A stretch of DNA of 64,000 nt from Candidatus Pacearchaeota archaeon UBA92. Lineage in GTDB: Archaea; Nanobdellota; Nanobdellia; Pacearchaeales; GW2011-AR1. Position numbers and translations under genes: made by a program. Numbering within the stretch: position 1 is the stretch's first letter; every line of letters starts with the position of its first letter. The DNA lies in NCBI GenBank assembly GCA_002497285.1, contig DANJ01000007.1, positions 205 through 64,204 of the forward strand, read 5' to 3'. Below are positions 33,818 through 41,722 of this stretch, piece by piece. A model generated the notes under the pieces. That model saw nothing but the letters and a program-made list of their open reading frames with translations. It had not been told where the DNA came from and did not search any database.

Positions 33818-35092
33818 ATGGAAAAATTTAAAGGTATATTAAAAAAAGAAATAGAAAGGATAGATTCTTTAAAGATTTCCAAAAGGCACGAGAAAGTGAT
33901 TAAGTCATTTACGCAAGGCAGCAGTCCGAGGGCAATTATCGATGGAAAAGAATATGTTCTTTTCAATTCAAATGATTATTTAGGGTTTAGATTTCATAAG
34001 AGTCTTAAATCTGCGGAGGCGGAAAAAGCAGCGATTTATGGTGTCGGATCAGGGGGAGTAAGGTTTATTTCAGGCACACTTGCCGTGCATAAGGACTTGG
34101 AAAGGGCTATCGCAAAATTTCACGGGAGGGAAGATGCGTTAATTTTATCTTCTGCTTTTTCTGCAAACCTCGGGATAATACATGCACTTATCAAAGGGCA
34201 AAGCATAGACTCATTGGTCTCCGGAAATGTTCTTGTGATTTCAGATGAGTTGAACCATCGCAGTATAATAGACGGAATTAGGGTTGCCAATCTTGCCAAG
34301 GAGCAGAGAAAAATTTTCAAACATTTAGACCATGAGGACTTGGGAAAACTTCTTGAGGATAATAAAGGCAGATTTTCAAGGGCTCTAATTATAACAGATG
34401 GCATCTTCAGCATGCTTGGAGAGGCCCAGAATATAAGCAAGATAAATGAAAAAATCAGGGAGTACAGGCCCTTTTACCCCGAGGGGATTATTTTAGTCAT
34501 GGACGATGCCCACGGAGTAGGATGTTTCGGTGAAACTGGAAGAGGCTGCGAAGAAGTTTCTGGAGAGAATGTCGATTTGCTTATAGGGACATTTGGCAAG
34601 GCCTTTGGAGTTGAAGGAGGATATGCAGTGGGTGAAAAAATACTGATAGATTATTTAAGGGAGTCTGTTGCAACCTACATTTATTCAAATCCTCCCTCTC
34701 CAGGTTCATCAGCTGCAGCAATAGAATCCATAAAAATATTAAACAGTCCTGAAGGCAGGAATTTGTTAGAAGCTCTGCGTGAAAATATTAAATTATTCAA
34801 GGCCAAAATGAATCAGGCAGGTTTTAAATTTGCGGCAGATTCAAATCACCCAATCCAGCCAATTTTAATAGGCAGCGCTGAAAAAGCAAAGCTTCTTGTG
34901 GAAAAAATGTATGATGGTGGAATAGCTGTAACAAGCATAAACTATCCTGTTGTTCCGAAAGGGTTTGATGAAATCAGAGTGCAGATTTGTGCCTTGCATT
35001 CTAAGGAAGATATTTTGAATTTTGTTAGCAAATGCACCTTGTACGCTGCAGAACTTAGCATACTAAATCATCCAGAGGCCGCTTATGGCTGA
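33818..35092 (+). CDS. PLP-dependent alpha-oxoamine synthase family protein (Kbl/BioF/SPT-like)
   Basis: NDYLGF, SDELNHRSIIDG, DDAHG, GTFGKAFG (PLP Lys) motifs, 424 aa. Confidence 0.75.
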   Translation: MEKFKGILKKEIERIDSLKISKRHEKVIKSFTQGSSPRAIIDGKEYVLFNSNDYLGFRFHKSLKSAEAEKAAIYGVGSGGVRFISGTLAVHKDLERAIAKFHGREDALILSSAFSANLGIIHALIKGQSIDSLVSGNVLVISDELNHRSIIDGIRVANLAKEQRKIFKHLDHEDLGKLLEDNKGRFSRALIITDGIFSMLGEAQNISKINEKIREYRPFYPEGIILVMDDAHGVGCFGETGRGCEEVSGENVDLLIGTFGKAFGVEGGYAVGEKILIDYLRESVATYIYSNPPSPGSSAAAIESIKILNSPEGRNLLEALRENIKLFKAKMNQAGFKFAADSNHPIQPILIGSAEKAKLLVEKMYDGGIAVTSINYPVVPKGFDEIRVQICALHSKEDILNFVSKCTLYAAELSILNHPEAAYG

Positions 35093-35552
35093 AATAAGAT
35101 TGAGGAAAGCAACTATTGAAGATTCTTCTGATCTGTTCAGCTGGAGAAATGATCCGGTTACAAGGGCGATGTCGAGGGATACAGGCCCAATTTCAAGAGA
35201 AAGCCATGAAGTATGGTACAAAAGGGCACTTGCAGACCCCAAAAAAAGCATTCTAATAGGAGAAAATGAAGAAGACCAAATAGGAATGGTGAGGTTTGAC
35301 TATCAAGACAGCCCACGGACAGCAGAGATAAACATAAATTTAAATCCGGCAATGAGGGGAAGGGGCTATGGGCAGACACTATTAAATGAATCCTGCGAAT
35401 ACGCCTTTTCCCATTTAGGGATAGAGCGCATATACGCAGAAATAAAACCCTCAAACTTGCCCTCGATAAAGATTTTTGAAAGAAGAGGATTCAAATATCT
35501 GCCTTCTGACAAAGGAAGTATGCTTAGACTTGAATTGGTCAAAGAAAATTAG
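35085..35552 (+). CDS. pseH: GNAT N-acetyltransferase, PseH-like
   Basis: IRLRKATIEDSSDLFSWRNDPVTR N-terminus and RGRGYG acetyl-CoA motif, 155 aa. Confidence 0.7.
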   Translation: MAEIRLRKATIEDSSDLFSWRNDPVTRAMSRDTGPISRESHEVWYKRALADPKKSILIGENEEDQIGMVRFDYQDSPRTAEININLNPAMRGRGYGQTLLNESCEYAFSHLGIERIYAEIKPSNLPSIKIFERRGFKYLPSDKGSMLRLELVKEN

Positions 35553-36169
35553 GAATGCTTATTGCGCTCAATAAGAGCGTTCAATCTTTTTCTGAATTCT
35601 TCAGAAAGAGGAGCGTATAAATCATGCCTTTCCAGAAGCCTTTCCAGAAGCAGATGGTTGTCTCCTTTCTTAACACCCCTGAATGTTTGAATAAATTTCT
35701 GCAGCCTCTCTGTTTCTTTTTTCATACTCCCGGAGTCTGGTTTAAGCTTGGATTCAACTTCGGCAAAATTTATATTATAGCTGTCATCAAAAACGATTTC
35801 TGCAATCTTTCTTATTCTCGGAACATGATAGTCATTGGAAATTATTAAAATGTTCTTCCACTTATTCGGATCAATCAGCCCTATTTTTGAGAATAATAAC
35901 TGACCGACGGTCTCAAATGAAATGTCTTCCTCAAAAACATTTTCTTCAGGAATGCCTTCAAGAACAGCATGGTTTTTCATCTGCCTTGCCAGTGAAACTC
36001 CGTAGCATTCTCCTAAATCCCCGTGGCCTCCAGACATTATCAGGTTTTTAATTTTTCCTTCATAAAAAAGCCTTTCCCCAAGTTCAGTTCTCTTTCTTGT
36101 TTGCTCACTTAAACTTTTGTCCGAATTTAGTTCATGTGCCAAAACCAAACCAACGTCATAAGTCATCAT
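35549..36169 (-). CDS. DUF218/YdcF (ElyC/SanA-like) domain protein
   Basis: LIMSGGHG and ISNDYHVPR segments typical of DUF218. Confidence 0.55.
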   Translation of the reverse strand: MMTYDVGLVLAHELNSDKSLSEQTRKRTELGERLFYEGKIKNLIMSGGHGDLGECYGVSLARQMKNHAVLEGIPEENVFEEDISFETVGQLLFSKIGLIDPNKWKNILIISNDYHVPRIRKIAEIVFDDSYNINFAEVESKLKPDSGSMKKETERLQKFIQTFRGVKKGDNHLLLERLLERHDLYAPLSEEFRKRLNALIERNKHS

Positions 36170-37857
36170 TATTTGGATAGGATTCCATTTATAAAACTAA
36201 CTGCACGCTTGGTTGATTTCCCATCAAGTTTGTACAATTCGCTTTCAAGAATTTTTCTTATCTTTTCGCCATCCTGTTTTTCGTTTATAGACCTCTTAAT
36301 CGCCTCGCCTAATTCCTTTTCATTATAAGCAAATTTTACATTTTTCATCCTAGAAAATACATTCCACTTCTCCATACCCCTGAATTCGTAAGAGATAACC
36401 GGTTTGCCGAATAACATTGCCTCAATCCCCATTGTTGTGTAATGTATTATTACAGCATCAGCAGAAGAGAGAAGCTCATCCTTGTCAGCGTCAATAAAAA
36501 AAGAGTAATTAGTAAATTTCTCTTCTTTAGCGACGTAATCTATCAAACCATTCAAGTCCCAGTTTTTCCTGCCTTTTATAACAAGTCCATAATCAGGAAA
36601 GTCCTTTTTCATCACCCTGAAAAGGGATTTCAATATCTCTTTCTGGCATTTCTTAGTTAAATGATGTCCTGCTATCAGCTCTTCGTTATTCACAGCATCA
36701 ACAACATAAAGTATTTTTTTATTCCTATTAGTATTCTTATCCCTAAAACAAAAAGAATCATATTGGGGCGCCCCTACAATTATTATTTCATCAGGATTAA
36801 ATCCAAATTTAATATATTTTTCTTTGCTTTTTTCTCCAAAGGCCAGCACATAATCTCCTATTGATTTTGCCTCCCCGCTTATAAGCCCATGCTGAAGGAT
36901 TATGCTTGGAATTCCGTATATATTGCACACGTTTATAACCAATTTCTGAAAAAAATCAGCGCCGTCATCTAAGATGAATAAGTCTATTTTGCGTTTCATT
37001 GCAAGACATTCTAACTCGTCAATTATATTCATTGCGAGATTGAATTTTTCATTTAACATTTTCCAAATAATATTTTTGATAATTTTGTTTTCTAAATCGC
37101 TGAAATTAACTGCAAAATTTCTTTCAATATCTTCAATATCTTTATTTGTCCTCTTTCCTGAAAATCCGGATAATTGGTAGAATGGAATATATTTTTTTCC
37201 GCTAAACCAGCTTTTTTGCAGGTTCATATGGCTTCTTACCAAAAGATTATTTTTATTTTTTATAAGCTCCGAAACAAGAGGTTCAAATAGAGTTCTTGAA
37301 CCAGAAAAAAATATCTTTTTTTTATTTGAAAAATTAACGATATTTTTAGCGGCAATTTTCTGAACTGCTCCCGCAAGATAATTTATATTTTTTTCATTTT
37401 TCTCATCTTTCTCAAGTTTTATAACTCTGATTTTATCTTCAGAGAGAAATTTTAAAATATCAAAGGCGCCGCCGATTTTATCACTCTCAAAAACGGCGAT
37501 TTCTTCAGGCGATTCAACTCTTAAAATTTCTTCGATAACAATGCGGTTTCTTTCAAAATAGGCTAAAAACCTGAAAATATCTGCGTATAATAAATGTGCA
37601 AGATTAATTTTCTTATAGTAAAACTTAACTTTATCAATAATAATTTCAGTTTTTTTCAGGCAGGAGTTATAGACATTATCAAATATCCTATCAGCCTCAT
37701 AATCCTCATCAGTCTTAAATATTACGCCTTTTCTACTTAATAATTCTTCAGCTTCAAAAACAAGTGCTGTGGGGAAGAAATTTCTAAACTTATCGGCATT
37801 ATTAATATAATATTCGGCTTGTTCTCTGTTCTCAATAAGAATTATTTTATTTTTCAT
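36169..37857 (-). CDS. Large uncharacterised protein with a GT-B-like C-terminal half (candidate nonulosonic acid or glycerophosphate transferase)
   Basis: 562 aa. The C-terminal region (ILYVVDA...LLSSADAVIIHYTTMGIEAMLFGKPVI) resembles the nucleotide-sugar-binding domain of GT-B / TagF / capsule-type transferases. Confidence 0.35.
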   Translation of the reverse strand: MKNKIILIENREQAEYYINNADKFRNFFPTALVFEAEELLSRKGVIFKTDEDYEADRIFDNVYNSCLKKTEIIIDKVKFYYKKINLAHLLYADIFRFLAYFERNRIVIEEILRVESPEEIAVFESDKIGGAFDILKFLSEDKIRVIKLEKDEKNEKNINYLAGAVQKIAAKNIVNFSNKKKIFFSGSRTLFEPLVSELIKNKNNLLVRSHMNLQKSWFSGKKYIPFYQLSGFSGKRTNKDIEDIERNFAVNFSDLENKIIKNIIWKMLNEKFNLAMNIIDELECLAMKRKIDLFILDDGADFFQKLVINVCNIYGIPSIILQHGLISGEAKSIGDYVLAFGEKSKEKYIKFGFNPDEIIIVGAPQYDSFCFRDKNTNRNKKILYVVDAVNNEELIAGHHLTKKCQKEILKSLFRVMKKDFPDYGLVIKGRKNWDLNGLIDYVAKEEKFTNYSFFIDADKDELLSSADAVIIHYTTMGIEAMLFGKPVISYEFRGMEKWNVFSRMKNVKFAYNEKELGEAIKRSINEKQDGEKIRKILESELYKLDGKSTKRAVSFINGILSK

Positions 37858-38413
37858 TTTGGCAGATTATCAGGGAATTAGAGCAGATGCTCTTTGGAAG
37901 CCTGACAGCATCAACACCCAGCTCCTTTATTATACCAAAGCCATTATCCGTAATAATTTTTTTCAGCTCTTCCTGTGAAAAGATGTTGTGCTCTCCGGCA
38001 TCTTTTTTAGGCGCAGGATTGATTATTCTGATTCTCCTCAATATAGAATCTTTATTTACGCTTGCAATTATCATCCTTCCATTTTTTTTAAGAACTCTGC
38101 TAATCTCCCGCATAGCCATGCCATAATCTTGAATATATTGTATAACTCCTGCAAAGACCACACAATCAAAGGAATCATCTTCATAAGGCAGTTTTAAAGA
38201 GCTAGATTCTTTGAAAATTCCGGCATATCTGTCTGATTTCCTTATATCTACCCCATGTATTATTTTGTCTTCATGCCTGGAATAATTAAAGCTTCCTCCG
38301 CCGCATCCATCATCAAGGACAACTTTTCCGGAAACATGCCTTGTTATTTCATTGTTAAGATTTTTAACAGTAACTTTCTCAATAAACTTTCCAACTTTGC
38401 TTTTTAGATTCAT
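37847..38413 (-). CDS. Class I SAM-dependent methyltransferase
   Basis: VLDDGCGGG SAM motif and a Methyltransf_11-like core, 188 aa. Confidence 0.7.
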   Translation of the reverse strand: MNLKSKVGKFIEKVTVKNLNNEITRHVSGKVVLDDGCGGGSFNYSRHEDKIIHGVDIRKSDRYAGIFKESSSLKLPYEDDSFDCVVFAGVIQYIQDYGMAMREISRVLKKNGRMIIASVNKDSILRRIRIINPAPKKDAGEHNIFSQEELKKIITDNGFGIIKELGVDAVRLPKSICSNSLIICQNEK

Positions 38414-39126
38414 TTTCTACACCAGGCATAAAGCCATCCCCCACCTATTCCTAAAATCCAAAGAGGCTTATCCAATGCCCTCAATATTTTTCCATAGATT
38501 GGAAAAGTAGTTCCCGGTTGAACTTCTCTCTTTCTAAACTCCACTATTTTCAAGTGTCTTGAAAGCATTTTTTTAAATCTCCATTGAGGGAAAGATTTTT
38601 CATAGCCCACATTCCATAATTTTGTTTTAAAAATATTATCTACTGTCTGCAATAAAACCTTAGAAATTGTAAATGATGTATATCTATTTGGGACACTTAT
38701 CATCGCATATCCTCCTTTCTTAAGAACTCTTGTCATTTCCCTAACTGCCGCCTCGCTATCCGGAATATGTTCTATAACTCCATGACAGAATATTGCATCA
38801 AACTCTTCATCTTTAAACGGAATTTTAGTGAGATTTCCCTCAAAAATTATATTTTTGCTTAACCCATATTCTTCCATATATTTCTTGGCAATTTTCACTC
38901 TTTCTCCGTCTATTTCAAGCCCTATCGGCTTATGTCCAAGTTTAGCAAGAGACACAACATAATTTCCTGCGCCACATCCTGCTTCAAGAATTTTTGAACC
39001 CTTAGGAAGTTTAGAAAACCAATTAAGAATCATGGACTTTTTGTCATTTTTGGGATTATAAACCCATTTAGTATCTCCAAAAGAATCTTTGCTTTTACTT
39101 TTTATTTTTTTAATTAATTCAGACAT
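38410..39126 (-). CDS. Class I SAM-dependent methyltransferase
   Basis: ILEAGCGAGN SAM motif, FDAIFCHGVIEHI, 238 aa. Confidence 0.7.
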   Translation of the reverse strand: MSELIKKIKSKSKDSFGDTKWVYNPKNDKKSMILNWFSKLPKGSKILEAGCGAGNYVVSLAKLGHKPIGLEIDGERVKIAKKYMEEYGLSKNIIFEGNLTKIPFKDEEFDAIFCHGVIEHIPDSEAAVREMTRVLKKGGYAMISVPNRYTSFTISKVLLQTVDNIFKTKLWNVGYEKSFPQWRFKKMLSRHLKIVEFRKREVQPGTTFPIYGKILRALDKPLWILGIGGGWLYAWCRK

Positions 39127-39841
39127 TTTTCACATTGCTTATTTTTATTTTTTTATCTCTTTCTAACCTTCTCAAAAAACTTATCAGTTTTAATAAATTA
39201 TGGCTATTTTTATGTGTAAAATCGTGAGTACAAACACAGTAAACGGCATCTTTTTCCAGATTATCGGCGATATCCTTAAACAATAGGCTCATGTATTTTT
39301 TAGAAGAGTTGCCTTCAAAAGTGTTGCTCACATGAATTAAATCAAGCTTGCCCCTCCTTATCAATGGATTAATAGCAAAGTTATTTTTATTTGCATGTTC
39401 TCTATCTTCGCCCTTGTAAATTACTCTTTTATAGCTCTCCTTTTCAAGCATCTTAAAAATTCTATTCGGATTCCTTTCTGATTCAACCATCCAAAGAGGA
39501 GGGCAGAAACTCTTTGCCTTGTAAATATTCTTTATTTCTCTTTTTACTTTTTCATCATCAAGAAGGGTTAAAGGCAAGTGATTGTGGGTATGATACCCCC
39601 AATCTATGAAATCAGGAGAATTTATAGGCTTGAAAAATTTACCCACTAGCATAAAAGTTGCAGGAAATTTATTTTCAAGTACGCTTCTATAAATAATATT
39701 AAATCCGTCATAATTATATCTAAATCTTTTAACTACAGAATTGATTTTACCTTTAATCTTATCCCAAGAGTTCCATCTAGGATTAATCTGGCCAAATGAG
39801 ATAAATCTTTCACTATCAATAACGAGACAAAATTTTAGCAT
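39119..39841 (-). CDS. Polysaccharide deacetylase-like (NodB-fold) protein, tentative
   Basis: VIDSE, HTHNH (H-x3-H) and downstream conserved-looking P/W segment in the NodB order. Weak assignment. Confidence 0.35.
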   Translation of the reverse strand: MLKFCLVIDSERFISFGQINPRWNSWDKIKGKINSVVKRFRYNYDGFNIIYRSVLENKFPATFMLVGKFFKPINSPDFIDWGYHTHNHLPLTLLDDEKVKREIKNIYKAKSFCPPLWMVESERNPNRIFKMLEKESYKRVIYKGEDREHANKNNFAINPLIRRGKLDLIHVSNTFEGNSSKKYMSLLFKDIADNLEKDAVYCVCTHDFTHKNSHNLLKLISFLRRLERDKKIKISNVKNV

Positions 39842-39863
39842 AAATAATCATCCAATATACGCT

Positions 39864-40664
39864 TTAAATAGTTTGTTTTCCTCGAATTAATCCTTCCCAA
39901 AAACCTGCAGAATACAATAAATGAAGGACTGGAATGACTGCAAGATAAAAGGGATAGTATCTCAATCCGTTACCAAAAGGAAACCTAGCGGCGAAAACAA
40001 CAAGTCCAAGGAAGGGTATTGCCTTCATTATTCTTGACTGCCAACCCGGCATTTTCAGTCCATTGATTCTTACATTCGCACCATCCCCCATTCCCCAAAC
40101 ATATCCTTCTTTTCTTACTCTATCTTTTAAAGTACTAGGATGATAATGTAAAACCGTAGCATCAGGGTAACCAATTTTACCTATTTTTTTTAATTTTATG
40201 TATGTGTTAAAGTCCTCTCCAGCTATTTTAAACTTCTTTTCCTCAAACAATCCTATTTTTTCCAGTGCTTCTCTTTTATACGCACATCCTTTTTCATCAA
40301 GGAGAGGAGTTATAGTTCCTCTTTCCTTCAACATTACTGCCTTTGTAAAAATTCCCAAATTATTCCAAATCTCATCGGGCAACTTAACCTTTGAACAAGT
40401 TGCAACAAATTCTTTTTTCTTTAAAGGTGCAACAAGGTTTTCAAGCCAAGAAAACGAAGAGGGAATACAATCATGGTGCATAGTTACTATAACTTCATAC
40501 TTCGCCTTTCTAATTCCAAAATTCATATTTTCTGCAAGACCCAGCTGTTCAGAAACAACAATTATTTCTTTTTTCCCAGAATATTTTTGTTTATTTAAAA
40601 TTTCCAGAGACTTCTTTGTAGTTTCGTTAGGCTTTGGCGCAATCATTAATATAGAAACATTCAT
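39864..40664 (-). CDS. Glycosyltransferase family 2 with C-terminal membrane segments
   Basis: GT-A-like N-terminal domain and a hydrophobic C-terminus. ATG at 40664 chosen (6 nt after the upstream stop) rather than the tracked 40733, which overlaps the upstream gene. Confidence 0.6.
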   Translation of the reverse strand: MNVSILMIAPKPNETTKKSLEILNKQKYSGKKEIIVVSEQLGLAENMNFGIRKAKYEVIVTMHHDCIPSSFSWLENLVAPLKKKEFVATCSKVKLPDEIWNNLGIFTKAVMLKERGTITPLLDEKGCAYKREALEKIGLFEEKKFKIAGEDFNTYIKLKKIGKIGYPDATVLHYHPSTLKDRVRKEGYVWGMGDGANVRINGLKMPGWQSRIMKAIPFLGLVVFAARFPFGNGLRYYPFYLAVIPVLHLLYSAGFWEGLIRGKQTI

Positions 40665-40669
40665 CTTTT

Positions 40670-41722
40670 TTAAAAGACACTTCCGCCCATATCCTTTAGC
40701 TTCTTTTCCATATCTGCAAGATGAGTCATCCAAGTTATATTGTAATGGATTGGATGATCCAAATCAACAAGCTTTCCCCCAGAATCAAGATGCTTCTTTA
40801 TTTTTAGGGCCATATTCCTTGCAGATTCTTCAACAGAAACAAGATATTTGAAATCCATTGCCTTTTCAAGTTTTTTCCCAGATAATTTATAACTTCTATC
40901 AATTCTTCCAGGTTCATAATCTACTTCAACATTAACATCTACTATTCCCTTAAGCGCACTCTTAACTCTATGGGCTAATTCCAATACTTGATAATTTCCG
41001 GAACACACATTAAATATCTGCCCCTTTACAACTTCTTCAGGAGCTTCAAGACAGGCTATATGTGCCCTCGCGACATCTCGTACGTCTACTAATGGCCTCC
41101 ACTGTGTTCCTCCACAAAACACATTAAGCTTTCCGTCAGTAAATGCCTTTTTCACAAAAGTATTAATTACCAAATCGTATCTCATTCTAGGACTATAACC
41201 ATAAACCGTTCCTTGTCTCAATATAACTGGGCAAAATTCAGGATGCTCTTTAGCCAGTGCAAGCAATACTTTCTCTCCCTCATATTTAGAGGTGGAATAT
41301 GCAGCTATTGGCTCAACAGGTGTTTCTTCATCTTGCATCTCATCACTCGCCCTCAATCCTTTATCATATATTGAGGCACTAGAAGCATAAGTCAGTTTTT
41401 TTATCCCCTTTTCTATACACGCTTCAGCAAGAGCTCTTGTTCCTTCCCTATTCATTTCCATATTCGCCTTTGGATTAAATTCAGCAGTAGGGTCATTTGA
41501 AAATCCCGCAAGATGTATAACTGCATTAACATCGTTTAATATTTCTTTATCAAATTTTCTTATATCTCCTTGTACTATCTCAATTCTGCTTTGATAATCT
41601 TTCAAATAATTACTTCCAAAATATAATTTATCATAAACTTTTACCGTATGCCCCTTTTGAATAAGCTCCGAAATAACTGTTGCCCCTATATATCCTGCGC
41701 CTCCTGTAACAAGTATTTTCAT
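40670..41722 (-). CDS. NAD-dependent sugar nucleotide epimerase/dehydratase (extended SDR)
   Basis: ILVTGGAGYIGA Rossmann motif, YSTSKYEGE (Y-x3-K), 350 aa. Confidence 0.8.
   Translation of the reverse strand: MKILVTGGAGYIGATVISELIQKGHTVKVYDKLYFGSNYLKDYQSRIEIVQGDIRKFDKEILNDVNAVIHLAGFSNDPTAEFNPKANMEMNREGTRALAEACIEKGIKKLTYASSASIYDKGLRASDEMQDEETPVEPIAAYSTSKYEGEKVLLALAKEHPEFCPVILRQGTVYGYSPRMRYDLVINTFVKKAFTDGKLNVFCGGTQWRPLVDVRDVARAHIACLEAPEEVVKGQIFNVCSGNYQVLELAHRVKSALKGIVDVNVEVDYEPGRIDRSYKLSGKKLEKAMDFKYLVSVEESARNMALKIKKHLDSGGKLVDLDHPIHYNITWMTHLADMEKKLKDMGGSVF

Larger units (their letters stand above)
27535..36169. other. Higher-GC compositional block within the glycan island
   Basis: Hand counts of 60-nt lines. 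Inside the block: 27/60 (28381), 30/60 (30481), 28/60 (34561), 26/60 (35941). Outside: 17/60 (27061) and 19/60 (36241, 36901, 37261). Confidence 0.6.

Noticed and set aside
40198-40851. 217-aa plus-strand ORF.
   Set aside because: It runs antisense across the junction of two well-supported minus-strand genes (the GT2 and the SDR epimerase). It is low-complexity Ser/Phe-rich and has no recognisable motif.
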